Origin: a virus
Length of the DNA stretch: 64,000 nt
Reading direction: 5' to 3' (one strand)
Virus record (IMG/VR): IMGVR_UViG_3300011271_000004
Coordinates: 1 to 64,000 of that record
A program made the position numbers and the translations under genes. Positions 27,179 through 34,805 of the stretch are shown in pieces. Every line of letters starts with the position of its first letter. Within the stretch, counting starts at the first letter, position 1. The notes under the pieces are model-generated. The model was not told where the DNA came from. It made no database searches and saw only the letters and a list, made by a program, of their open reading frames with translations.

Positions 27179-27555
27179 GTGGGGGTGGTGTTGTGGCTGA
27201 TGAGCCCGGCCGTCGTGCTGGCGGCGGTGGGCGTGGTGGGCATCTGCGGCGTGCTGCTGATCGGGTGGGGCCTGGTGCACCGGGAGCCGTACGAGTCGCG
27301 GCAGATGGACCAGGCGTACTGGGCCAGCCAGAGGCGCAGCGGCGCATCCAGGCCACCGTTGCCGAGGCGTTCGCATGTGCCTGGGCGGGGAACCTCCGGG
27401 GGATGGCCGAGGCGTTGAAGGCCCTGGATTACCAGCAGGCCATGCGCCTGGCCAACGCCATGGGCGCGTTGTCCCGGGCGGCCCGTTTCCGGGCCGGCGA
27501 CGCCAAGGTGCGGGAGCACCGCCAGGCGGCCCCAGGACGGCCGCTGGCGGGCTGA
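27179..27555 (+). CDS. small membrane protein with an apparent -1 frame change near 27320-27335
   Basis: Frame A (27179-) encodes a TM helix and shows strong coding bias until about 27325. After that, the coding bias moves to the -1 frame (RRIQATVAEAFACAWAGNLRGMAEALKAL...), which ends at 27555. Confidence 0.4.
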
Positions 27556-27756
27556 GTGCCGTCCGGGGGTGGCGGCCCGCATGGTGGCCTGGCTGGCTGA
27601 TAGCGCCCCGTGTGGCTACGCCCAGGGTTTACCTGGCGGGGGCGCTGCCCTTGGCTGTTGGGAGTGCGTGTGTCTGCCCCGGGTGCGGGGCGCTTGGCCG
27701 GTAGGGTTCCGCGTGTGGCCCTGCGCAACCTCCGAGGCTGTGGGGACACAAGCGAC

Positions 27757-27795
27757 GGCCCCCCACCGCTCCTCCATGGTGCCCGGTGGGGGGCC
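27757..27795. terminator. GC-rich hairpin in the convergent gap
   Basis: GGCCCCCCACCG ... CGGTGGGGGGCC forms a 12-bp perfect stem. Confidence 0.5.
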
Positions 27796-27802
27796 GTTCC
27801 TG

Positions 27803-27825
27803 CCCCAGGGGCTGACGCCCTGGGG
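27803..27825 (-). terminator. hairpin just after the last minus-strand gene
   Basis: CCCCAGGG-gctgacg-CCCTGGGG lies 4 nt from the stop at 27829. Confidence 0.5.
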
Positions 27826-27828
27826 GGC

Positions 27829-27981
27829 TTAGCCGAACAGGCGGCGGGCCAGGCGGCCTGCACCACGGCCGTAGGCGCGGCGGGCCAGGCGGCGGGGCAC
27901 CCGGCCACGGCGTACGGCGCGCACGTCGTTGCTGGCGCGCAGGGCGGCGTACGCCCAGCCCCTAGCTGTGCGGCGGCGCAT
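27829..27981 (-). CDS. small Arg-rich protein
   Basis: ATG at 27981 is preceded by GAAGGAGG. 50 aa, very basic. Weakly supported. Confidence 0.35.
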   Translation of the reverse strand: MRRRTARGWAYAALRASNDVRAVRRGRVPRRLARRAYGRGAGRLARRLFG

Positions 27982-28153
27982 CGCTGCCTCCTTCGGGGGG
28001 CCACTCATAAGCCCCGGCTGGCGGGGTGCGGGGGTTCCACACCATGCCCTCTTGGTACCCGCTGGCCTTGCGGTGCTTGGCCACCTCGCGGTGCACGTCT
28101 TCCACCAGGTGGGGGGCCACGTACACCCCGGCCTCACGCTTGTGGTGCGGCAT
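27962..28153 (-). CDS. hypothetical protein
   Basis: ATG at 28153 overlaps the upstream gene end. 63 aa. Confidence 0.45.
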   Translation of the reverse strand: MPHHKREAGVYVAPHLVEDVHREVAKHRKASGYQEGMVWNPRTPPAGAYEWPPEGGSDAPPHS

Positions 28154-28475
28154 GGCCGTCCTCGGGGTGCTCGTAGTACCCGTGGTCTTCGCCGCCGCCG
28201 GGGTGGGCGTGGGTGAGCGTCTGCCCGCTGGGGTGCCGGTGGACGTGCACCGTCTCCCCGGCCTGCTCGGCGGCCACCAGGCGGCGGCGGGTGGCTGACA
28301 CGGTGACCGTGCCGGTGCCGTCTGTCCACGTGCTGGCGGCATAGCCGGTGATCGTCTCCACGAACGCCTCAGCCAGCCGCACGTACGCGGTGCCGGCGCA
28401 ACCCCGGGCCAGCACCACCACGGCGGCAGGGCTGGCACCGCCTGCGATTTTGCCGTTGACCATGACCTGCACCAT
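28134..28475 (-). CDS. hypothetical protein with His-rich C-terminus
   Basis: ATG at 28475 follows GGAGAGGAA. The C-terminus reads HVHRHPSGQTLTHAHPGGGEDHGYYEHPEDGH. Confidence 0.55.
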   Translation of the reverse strand: MVQVMVNGKIAGGASPAAVVVLARGCAGTAYVRLAEAFVETITGYAASTWTDGTGTVTVSATRRRLVAAEQAGETVHVHRHPSGQTLTHAHPGGGEDHGYYEHPEDGHAAPQA

Positions 28476-28477
28476 GG

Positions 28478-28765
28478 CTACCGTTCCTCTCCGCTGGTGT
28501 CCTCGCCGCGCAGCAGCGCCTCCACGCGCAGCAGCGCGGCCAGGTCCCGGGTGCCCAGACCGTGGCCGGGCAGGTGGGCCTGGTGCAGCAGCATGGCCAC
28601 ATCGGGCCACGTCAGCAGCACCTGGGCCATGCGGCCTTGGAGGACGGCCAGCCCGGCCACGTCCACCATGTGCGCGATCACCGCCGGGGGCTGCCCGGGG
28701 GCGGGGTGCGCTGAGGACATGCGGCTCAGCTTGATGTCGCGGGGGGCCACACCGCGCCGCCCCAT
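28478..28765 (-). CDS. hypothetical protein
   Basis: ATG at 28765 forms an ATGA overlap with the upstream stop. 95 aa. Confidence 0.5.
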   Translation of the reverse strand: MGRRGVAPRDIKLSRMSSAHPAPGQPPAVIAHMVDVAGLAVLQGRMAQVLLTWPDVAMLLHQAHLPGHGLGTRDLAALLRVEALLRGEDTSGEER

Positions 28766-28935
28766 CACGCCTGGGCCGCCTTTGCCAGCCAGGTGACGCC
28801 GATCACGGCATCGGGGCTGCCGCCCAGCATGACCTCCCGCGCCAGCGCTTGCACGCTGTGCCAGGGGTGCCGGGTCACGGTCATGGTGAACACCGGCATG
28901 CCGTTTAGCTTGATCAGGTGCGTTTCGGTTTGCAC
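28765..28935 (-). CDS. hypothetical protein
   Basis: GTG at 28935 lies 6 nt after GGAGAGGAGCAG. It is the first gene after cassette P4. Confidence 0.5.
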   Translation of the reverse strand: MQTETHLIKLNGMPVFTMTVTRHPWHSVQALAREVMLGGSPDAVIGVTWLAKAAQA

Positions 28936-29005
28936 CGCCTGCTCCTCTCCACTGCCCACCAGTGTGTACCGGCGGGGCCTGCCAGGGCCTAAGTGCCCAC
29001 CAGGG
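28936..29005 (-). promoter_or_regulatory. promoter/operator cassette P4 (degenerate dyad)
   Basis: Minus-strand read: TTAGGC-N18-TACACA, with dyad GCCCAC-CA-GTGTGT (28954-28967) overlapping the -10 and followed by AGTGGAGAGGAGC. Confidence 0.4.
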
Positions 29006-29037
29006 CGGCCACCATGGGGTGGCCGCCCGCAGGGCCA

Positions 29038-29778
29038 TCAGGAGCCGAGCAGGGCCGCCTGGCGGGCGTGGCACACCGGGCCGATGCCCCGCTCCACGCT
29101 CTCCGCCACCCGCAGGTGCCGGCCGCACACCAGGCACGATTCCCACTGGATGCTCAGGGCGGTCACCTCGGCCATGGGCAAGGCGTCGGCCTTGGTGAGG
29201 CGGTACTGCATGCCCGGCACCTTGCGCTCCTCGATGCGCACCCGGTTGCCCTGCTGGTTGAGGCGGTCGCCTTGGGCGTCGGTCAGCGGCACGATCTCCC
29301 GGGCGTACCGCACCTTGCGGTGCTCGCCCTGGGGGGTGAACTCGCGCACCACGTACAGCTTGCCGTCTTGGCGGTACACGCCCACCTCGGCGGGGGTGTC
29401 ATTGCGGGGGGCCTGCGGCTGCGGCGCGGCCTGGCGGGGGCTGTCGCCACCGTCCAGGGCCGCCCACACCGGCTGGTAGCCGGCGGCGGTCAAAGTGTCG
29501 ATCCAGCGGCTGGCGGTGGCCCTGGCCATCGGGGTGCCGTCACCAGGGGTGCGCTGGTTGGTGTCGTGGGCCTCAAGCTGCGCCCAGCACCGCTCCCAGT
29601 CGCCGTCGCCTTGGCCGGCGAACAAGGCGTTGCCCAGCAGGGTGGCCTTGATGCGGCGCACCTGGGGCTCGGTGGCCCCACCCTGGTAGCCGCCGCGCTG
29701 GTAGTGGCGCGGGGCCTGGGCGTAGCCGTTGCGGTAGCGGTACTGGCTGGCGTCGCGTGGTGCGTAGATCCGGTTCAT
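29038..29778 (-). CDS. protein with C-terminal zinc-ribbon (DUF6011-like, GIGPVC motif)
   Basis: ATG at 29778 follows GGAGAGGAGCACAAC. The C-terminus reads CLVCGRHLRVAESVERGIGPVCHAR. Confidence 0.6.
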   Translation of the reverse strand: MNRIYAPRDASQYRYRNGYAQAPRHYQRGGYQGGATEPQVRRIKATLLGNALFAGQGDGDWERCWAQLEAHDTNQRTPGDGTPMARATASRWIDTLTAAGYQPVWAALDGGDSPRQAAPQPQAPRNDTPAEVGVYRQDGKLYVVREFTPQGEHRKVRYAREIVPLTDAQGDRLNQQGNRVRIEERKVPGMQYRLTKADALPMAEVTALSIQWESCLVCGRHLRVAESVERGIGPVCHARQAALLGS

Positions 29779-29850
29779 GTTGTGCTCCTCTCCACCACCG
29801 ACAATACGCACACCAGTGTGCGGGCGCAAGGGGTTCCGCGCAGATTGCGC
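29779..29850 (-). promoter_or_regulatory. promoter/operator cassette P5
   Basis: Minus-strand read: TTGCGC-N17-TATTGT, with perfect dyad CGCACAC-TG-GTGTGCG (29807-29822) in the spacer, followed by GGTGGAGAGGAGCACAACATG. Confidence 0.55.
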
Positions 29851-29856
29851 GTATGC

Positions 29857-29903
29857 GGCGGCCCCGCCGCGCCCCTTGGAGAGGAGCACGCGGCGGGGCC
29901 GCC
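29857..29903 (-). terminator. 15-bp perfect-stem hairpin
   Basis: GGCGGCCCCGCCGCG-17 nt-CGCGGCGGGGCCGCC lies just downstream of the stop at 29915. The loop contains TTGGAGAGGAGCA. Confidence 0.55.
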
Positions 29904-29914
29904 TCCGTGTTGGT

Positions 29915-30385
29915 CTAGCAGGGGCCGCGCTGGCCGGGGGCGTGGCCGTCGTGTGGGTAAGGCCCTGGCCCGCACGGGTCGCCGGGCTGCCCGCAGTAGT
30001 AGTAGCCGGCCTGCGCCTGCGCGCAGTGGCGGGCGCGGGTGGCGGCCAAGGCATCGCTCGGCGGGTACAGGTAGCCGCCATCTGGGCGCTCCCATATATC
30101 ACCGGCCGGGCAGGCCCACAGCGTGGCGTGTGACCCCACGTGGGCCAGGCCCAGCGGTGCCCCGTGCTGCGGGCAGGTGGGGCCGCCCACGTCCACCGGG
30201 TACCCCGGCTCGCTGCGGGTGGCCTGCCGGCACATGTCCACGGCCAGCAGCCACTGGGTGGCGTTGAGGCCGTGGCGGTCGAGGCGGGCCAGCATGGTGG
30301 CGGCCTGGGGGCTGGCGGCGGCGTTGGCGCGCAGCCAGTGCTCGGCCTGCTGCCGGGTGATCCCGGGGCGGGTGGTGGTGTTCAC
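29915..30385 (-). CDS. hypothetical Cys/His-containing protein
   Basis: GTG at 30385 forms a GTGA overlap with the upstream stop. 156 aa. Confidence 0.5.
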   Translation of the reverse strand: MNTTTRPGITRQQAEHWLRANAAASPQAATMLARLDRHGLNATQWLLAVDMCRQATRSEPGYPVDVGGPTCPQHGAPLGLAHVGSHATLWACPAGDIWERPDGGYLYPPSDALAATRARHCAQAQAGYYYCGQPGDPCGPGPYPHDGHAPGQRGPC

Positions 30386-30549
30386 AGTGGGGTACCAACC
30401 TTCGTCATGTGGGCGTCGGTGCACCGGCCGGCCTCGTAGTAGAAGACCTGCCGCCAGGTGCTGCCATCGGGGCTGCTGAACGGCTGACCGTACAACGTGC
30501 CGGTCCAGCGGGCTGCTATGGCCTGCGCGTGGCTGATGCTGGGGCTCAT
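30382..30549 (-). CDS. hypothetical small protein
   Basis: ATG at 30549 follows AGTGGAGAGGAGCACCCA. 55 aa. Confidence 0.5.
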   Translation of the reverse strand: MSPSISHAQAIAARWTGTLYGQPFSSPDGSTWRQVFYYEAGRCTDAHMTKVGTPL

Positions 30550-30613
30550 TGGGTGCTCCTCTCCACTACCCATCATGCGCGCACACTGGTGTACCGCGCA
30601 AGAGGGTGGGGGC
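30550..30613 (-). promoter_or_regulatory. promoter/operator cassette P1
   Basis: Minus-strand read: TTGCGC-N18-CATGAT, with dyad GTACAC-CA-GTGTGC (30581-30594), followed by AGTGGAGAGGAGCACCCAATG. Confidence 0.5.
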
Positions 30614-30656
30614 ATAAAAGCACCGGAGCCCCGGCGTGGTACCGGAGCCCCGGTGC
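30614..30656 (-). terminator. intrinsic terminator after the DUF1996-like gene
   Basis: On the minus-strand RNA: a 15-bp stem with 2 G-U pairs, a 7-nt loop, then UUUUAU. On the plus strand the same positions are A-C mismatches. Confidence 0.65.
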
Positions 30657-30676
30657 GTGGAGGGGGCGCGCCAGGG

Positions 30677-31753
30677 TTACGTGGGCATGTTGTTGCCACG
30701 TGGCCCGGTGTGCGGGTTCGGCGGACAGGTCTGCCCGGCGATGAGACAGTCCTGCACCAGGTCGTCCAGGCCGCCGAGGTTGTCACCCGCGCCGAAGTTG
30801 CCCCGCTGCCAGCCGTTCATGAAGTCGGCATGCGCCTGATACCAGGGCATCATCGTGCCGTCCGCGTACTCGAAACCGAAGGCGGGGGCCACCGCCGACC
30901 CGGCCAGGCAGGACTGGCCAGGGCACGGGGTGACGATGCCGGTGTGGAAGTGCAGGCCCACCACCGGCAGGCGGATGGGGAACCCAGCCGGGCAGGTACC
31001 GGATACCGGGTAGGCGTAGCTGGCACGATCCGATGCGGCCAGCCCGGTCCAGCAGGACGGCAGCAGAACAACCATCACCACGCCGTCAGCGTCGCTGGCC
31101 AGGTTGATGTAAGGCCCGCAATCGTACGGGTGCGCCTCATGGGGGCTTGTGTTCCCGCAAGCCCAGTACACGGCATTCTGCCCCTGCACCCCGGTGGCGG
31201 CGGGGTTCCCGCCGACAGCCTCCATCTGCGCCGGGAGGCCGGTGATCAGGGAGCGGCTGGCCCCGCCCAGGCCGTAGTAGGCGCGGATGTTCGTGTAGTG
31301 GCAGGCGGGCAGCCCGGCCGCGCCGGTGACGCAGGGTCCGCCCGCGCCGTGGTACGTCTGCGTCTCCCTAGGCCCCAGGGTCAGAGTCGGAGCCCAGTAG
31401 GCGGCGGTGTCGGTGGAGGTGGTGCATGATGTGGCCCCCAGGCCAGCGGCCCGCAGGCTGTCTGGGGTGGAGGCGGGGCTGATGCCGGTGGCCCCGAAGA
31501 AATCGTGGAAGTGGGGGGTTGTGGTGCTGCCCGGGTCCACAACCGGGTCGAACGTGCCGGATATGACAAAACCGCACTTGGTCCAGAAGTCCACGCCGTT
31601 GCCCGCCAGGGCGGGGGCGGCCAACGCCGCCGTGAGGGCCAAGGCGGCGGCCAGGGCCAGCAGGCCCAGCCAGACGCCGGGTGTTCTCGTGCCAGTTGGT
31701 TTTCCCATGCTGCCCATGCTGGGTGGCCGGCGGGTGCTGTGCCAGCGGGACAC
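30677..31753 (-). CDS. secreted DUF1996-like protein (moron candidate)
   Basis: Signal peptide ...GVWLGLLALAAALALTAALAAPALA|G. The motif FDPVVDPGSTTTPHFHDFFG is like DUF1996. Cys-rich. The likely start is an internal ATG at 31717 or 31708. Confidence 0.6.
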   Translation of the reverse strand: MSRWHSTRRPPSMGSMGKPTGTRTPGVWLGLLALAAALALTAALAAPALAGNGVDFWTKCGFVISGTFDPVVDPGSTTTPHFHDFFGATGISPASTPDSLRAAGLGATSCTTSTDTAAYWAPTLTLGPRETQTYHGAGGPCVTGAAGLPACHYTNIRAYYGLGGASRSLITGLPAQMEAVGGNPAATGVQGQNAVYWACGNTSPHEAHPYDCGPYINLASDADGVVMVVLLPSCWTGLAASDRASYAYPVSGTCPAGFPIRLPVVGLHFHTGIVTPCPGQSCLAGSAVAPAFGFEYADGTMMPWYQAHADFMNGWQRGNFGAGDNLGGLDDLVQDCLIAGQTCPPNPHTGPRGNNMPT

Positions 31754-31775
31754 ACCAAGGGGGGGAAAGATCGGG

Positions 31776-31803
31776 GGCCACCGCGCTTCCCTGCGCGGCG
31801 GCC
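31776..31803 (-). terminator. hairpin after the upstream operon
   Basis: GGCCACCGCGC-ttccct-GCGCGGCGGCC has one G-U pair on the minus-strand RNA. It lies between the stop at 31818 and the DUF1996-like gene. Confidence 0.45.
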
Positions 31804-31817
31804 CCGGGCCTGGGCGA

Positions 31818-32063
31818 TCAGCCCACCGGCACTGGGGGGCTGGCCTGGCGCGGCCACACCACGGTGCCGGTGCCGGCCTCGGCGGTGCAGATCACCTGGC
31901 TGGTGCCGCGCTGCACGTGGCGTACCACGTAGTTGCGGTCGCGGGCCTTGGCCTGCTGCGCGGCCACGGCCACCATGGTGTCGAAGTCCTCACGGCGGCC
32001 CTGGGCGGTGTGGTCCCACGCCTCCCGGTGGCCCTCCTGGCGGGTCTCGTAGTAGTCCATCAC
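31818..32063 (-). CDS. hypothetical protein
   Basis: GTG/ATG at 32063/32060 follows GGAGAGGAGCAC. 81 aa. Confidence 0.5.
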   Translation of the reverse strand: MMDYYETRQEGHREAWDHTAQGRREDFDTMVAVAAQQAKARDRNYVVRHVQRGTSQVICTAEAGTGTVVWPRQASPPVPVG

Positions 32064-32266
32064 GTGCTCCTCTCCTGCCGTGCGTGCATGGCGGTGGCTG
32101 CTGCTGCGCGGGCCTGGGCGGCACGCTCGTAGGCGTCGCGGGCGTCGCGGGCCACCGGGTGGTCCTCGCTGCCGTGGCGGGCCACAGCTACCTGCCAGGC
32201 GTAGTGGGCCTGCCCTGCGGTGCGGTCGGCGGCCTTCAACGCGGCCAGGGTGCCCAGGCGGGCCAT
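32060..32266 (-). CDS. hypothetical helical protein
   Basis: ATG at 32266 forms an ATGA overlap with the upstream stop. 68 aa. Confidence 0.45.
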   Translation of the reverse strand: MARLGTLAALKAADRTAGQAHYAWQVAVARHGSEDHPVARDARDAYERAAQARAAAATAMHARQERST

Positions 32267-32559
32267 CACGCCACCGCCTTGCGCATGGTGCAGGTGAAGC
32301 TCGCCGGGTAGTCGATGCTGCCGCCGGCGGGGGTGGCCACGGTCAGCTTGACGCCGGGCACGTTCTGGCGGCGGCCACGGCGGCCACGGATCGGCGCAGG
32401 GGTGTACTGCTCCCACCGCCACGACGGGGCCACCTCCAGCACGGTGCTGCGCACGTCGGCGCCGGCCACGCGCTCCTGGGTGGGCACGGCCACCAGGAAG
32501 TCGCCGGGCTGCACGTCGGCCAGGGTGGCCTGCTGGGCTTCGGCCCACACTCCGGTCAC
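32266..32559 (-). CDS. hypothetical protein
   Basis: GTG at 32559 forms a GTGA overlap with the upstream stop. The ORF-track start is 32574. Confidence 0.45.
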   Translation of the reverse strand: MTGVWAEAQQATLADVQPGDFLVAVPTQERVAGADVRSTVLEVAPSWRWEQYTPAPIRGRRGRRQNVPGVKLTVATPAGGSIDYPASFTCTMRKAVA

Positions 32560-32759
32560 GGCAGCACCACCCACTCACCTGCGGGCAGCGCGGCCTTGGC
32601 CTGGGTGTAGGTGCCGCGCTGCCACACCACCTGGGTGTAGTCGCCGGCGGCCAGGGCGGCCTTGGCGGCGCGGGTGTTGGGCAGGAAGGCCCAGCAGCCT
32701 TCGCCGCGCGGGTCGGCCAGGTGGCTGGCCCGGTACTGGCTGGTGTCGAAACGCTTCAT
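32556..32759 (-). CDS. hypothetical small protein
   Basis: ATG at 32759 follows AGTGGAGAGGAGCACCCA. 67 aa. Confidence 0.55.
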   Translation of the reverse strand: MKRFDTSQYRASHLADPRGEGCWAFLPNTRAAKAALAAGDYTQVVWQRGTYTQAKAALPAGEWVVLP

Positions 32760-32832
32760 TGGGTGCTCCTCTCCACTAACGAACCTACCGCCCACTGGTG
32801 TGCGGGCGGTAGGGGTTCGGCGGAGAAACTTG
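32760..32832 (-). promoter_or_regulatory. promoter/operator cassette P2
   Basis: Dyad CGCACAC-CA-GTGGGCG (32789-32804, one mismatch), a -10-like TAGGTT, then AGTGGAGAGGAGCACCCAATG. Confidence 0.45.
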
Positions 32833-32838
32833 GGCAGA

Positions 32839-33180
32839 TTATGCGGCGGCGTACCGGGCGGCGTTGGCGCGGTACCGGGCGGCCAGGTCGCGGTAGAACG
32901 CCGCCAGGCCGGTGGTGTGGAACGACGCGCGCAGGTAGGTATTGCCGATCCGCTCCCAGCAGCGGGCGCGGGTCTCCACCTCGGCCGGGGTGTACCGCAG
33001 GGCGGTGTCCCACATGTCGGGGCGGCGGGTCAGCCACCGGGCTTCGCGCCACGCCTTGGCGGCGGTCTGGTAGAACTCCTCGGCCTGGCGGGCCTCGCGC
33101 TCGGCGCGGCGGGTGAAGTTGCCGGCCTTGCGGCTGGCGCTGGTGGCCTCGCGGCGGCTGTCGTTGCTGTAGTAGCTCAT
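32839..33180 (-). CDS. hypothetical helical, Arg-rich protein
   Basis: ATG at 33180 follows AGTGGAGAGGAGCACCCG. 113 aa. Confidence 0.55.
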   Translation of the reverse strand: MSYYSNDSRREATSASRKAGNFTRRAEREARQAEEFYQTAAKAWREARWLTRRPDMWDTALRYTPAEVETRARCWERIGNTYLRASFHTTGLAAFYRDLAARYRANAARYAAA

Positions 33181-33260
33181 CGGGTGCTCCTCTCCACTGC
33201 CGAAGGTACACGTGTGTACCGGCCCGCGCAACCCTGGGCGGTAAACCATCCGGTTACCGT
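33181..33260 (-). promoter_or_regulatory. promoter/operator cassette P3
   Basis: Minus-strand read: TTGCGC-N17-TACCTT, with dyad GGTACAC-AC-GTGTACC (33205-33220). GGTAAACCatccGGTTACC lies upstream at 33240-33258. Confidence 0.55.
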
Positions 33261-33279
33261 GAACCGGCTGGGCATGGCA

Positions 33280-33313
33280 GCGGCCCCGCACCCGGCACTC
33301 GGGGCGGGGCCGC
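33280..33313 (-). terminator. hairpin after the HTH gene
   Basis: GCGGCCCCGC-14 nt-GCGGGGCCGC lies downstream of the stop at 33334. Confidence 0.45.
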
Positions 33314-33333
33314 GCCAGCGGGGGCCTGTCAGG

Positions 33334-33768
33334 CTACCGTGCGGCGGCGTATTGCTGGTGGCCGCTGAAGTACCGGTGCCACTGCTCGGCGGCCTGCACC
33401 GCCCCCTCGGGGCCAGCGCCGGCCTCCAGTGCGGCGGCCACCGGGTCCGCGCCGGCGTCCACCAGTTCGCGCCACCGGTCGCGGGCGTGGCGGATGCCAG
33501 AGATCGGGCGGCGGCCCCGCAGCCACTGGTGGCCGTCGCCGGGCTCGGGGGCTGCGGCGTGCCAGGCGGCGTCCTGCGGGTGCTCATCCAGGTAGGCCAG
33601 CCAGCGGGCTATGGTGCGGTCCACGGCGTCCTCAGGCACGTCCAGGCGCAGCGCTGCGGCGCGCTGGGTCATGCCCATCACGGTGGTCAGGAAGACCCAT
33701 TCCTCGCGGCGGGCGGTGGCCTTGGCCATGTGCGCTTGGATCATGGCGGGCACGTGGGTGGTGGTCAT
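33334..33768 (-). CDS. HTH DNA-binding protein
   Basis: ATG at 33768 follows GGAGAGGAGCAAGCACA. HTH-like segment MTQRAAALRLDVPEDAVDRTIARW. Confidence 0.55.
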   Translation of the reverse strand: MTTTHVPAMIQAHMAKATARREEWVFLTTVMGMTQRAAALRLDVPEDAVDRTIARWLAYLDEHPQDAAWHAAAPEPGDGHQWLRGRRPISGIRHARDRWRELVDAGADPVAAALEAGAGPEGAVQAAEQWHRYFSGHQQYAAAR

Positions 33769-33829
33769 TGTGCTTGCTCCTCTCCGGTTGCCGGGCGGCC
33801 CCGCCGGGCTGGGCGGGAGCCGCCCGGGT

Positions 33830-34792
33830 CTAGCTGTCCTCGGCCAGCAGGGCCAGCACCAGGCCGGTCACGCGGGCGCTTTCCTCGGCGGCCTCATCGT
33901 CGTTGTCCTGGCGCACCTGGGGGTCCTGGCGGGCATCGATGGCATCGGTGATGATCTGGTCCATCACCGGCACCGGCAGGCCGTCCGCCTCGGCCTTGCC
34001 CGCGTCGTCCAGCAGGTCGGCGGCCTGCGCCTGGTCGAGGGTGAGCGCGATCCGCTCAAACTCCAGCCACCCCTCGTCTAGGTAGTGGTGGTTGGCGGCC
34101 CACGCCTTGCTGTCCTCGGCGCTGGTCTCTGCGATCATCAGCCCGTGCGGGTCGTAGTCGCTGATGCGCAGCACCAGCGTGGGCACCAGGCGGTCGGCGG
34201 CGCGTTCCGCGAAGGCCCGCTTGCCTTTCAACCCGTCAAACCCGCCCCCGGAGTACACCGGCACGCCGTAGGGGCCAGCTATGCGGGCGCAGCGGCCCAT
34301 CAGCCCGGCGGCCTCCACCACCAGTTCCAAGAAAACGGCCTGGCCGCGCTGGGGGCTGTAGGTGATGCGCGGGGCGCGCACCTGGTCGGCCAGGTACTCC
34401 GCCTCGGTCTCGGCGGTCTCCTCGTTGTAATACGGCACGTCGGGGCGTGGTGCCCGGGTGTCCTCAATCCACCCCTCGGGCACGATCCCCGCACGGCGCA
34501 AATTGGCCAGCATTTCCTGCACGTGCACCGGGGCGGTCTCGGTGGGGTCCACCCGGCGGCGCTTGCCCGCCGAGCCGGGCACGGGTTCCATGCGGGGCTG
34601 CTTCACGTAGGTCAGGCCGTGGCCCATGCCGTGGGGGCGCAGGTCGTAAAACAGGCCCCGGGGGCTACGCGGCAGCGTGTCCTCCCGCTGGTGCTGTTGC
34701 AGGCGCTCCAAGATGTCCAGCATCAGCATGCGGCCCACGGTGGTGCTGGGCCGCCAATCGCCGGGCATTGGCCCCTTCGGGCGTACGGGCAT
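33830..34792 (-). CDS. Spo11/Topo VI-A-like protein (5Y-CAP-like + Toprim-like), 'mini-A'-type candidate
   Basis: RGLFYDLR is a candidate catalytic Tyr. LELVVEAAG supplies the Toprim Glu. SGGGFDG...LVLRISDYDPHGLMI matches the D.DP.G Toprim motif. 320 aa. Confidence 0.55.
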   Translation of the reverse strand: MPVRPKGPMPGDWRPSTTVGRMLMLDILERLQQHQREDTLPRSPRGLFYDLRPHGMGHGLTYVKQPRMEPVPGSAGKRRRVDPTETAPVHVQEMLANLRRAGIVPEGWIEDTRAPRPDVPYYNEETAETEAEYLADQVRAPRITYSPQRGQAVFLELVVEAAGLMGRCARIAGPYGVPVYSGGGFDGLKGKRAFAERAADRLVPTLVLRISDYDPHGLMIAETSAEDSKAWAANHHYLDEGWLEFERIALTLDQAQAADLLDDAGKAEADGLPVPVMDQIITDAIDARQDPQVRQDNDDEAAEESARVTGLVLALLAEDS

Positions 34793-34805
34793 GGTGTTCT
34801 CCTCC

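Noticed and set aside
28478-28935. Overlapping small gene pair considered as a toxin-antitoxin module
   Set aside because: The only evidence is small size and the ATGA overlap, and such overlaps are ubiquitous in this genome. No toxin or antitoxin motif was recognised.
28993-30267. 424-aa plus-strand ORF across the early arm
   Set aside because: It is antisense to several minus-strand genes that have conserved leaders and start signals. The translated sequence is low-complexity Gly/Ala/Arg/Val.
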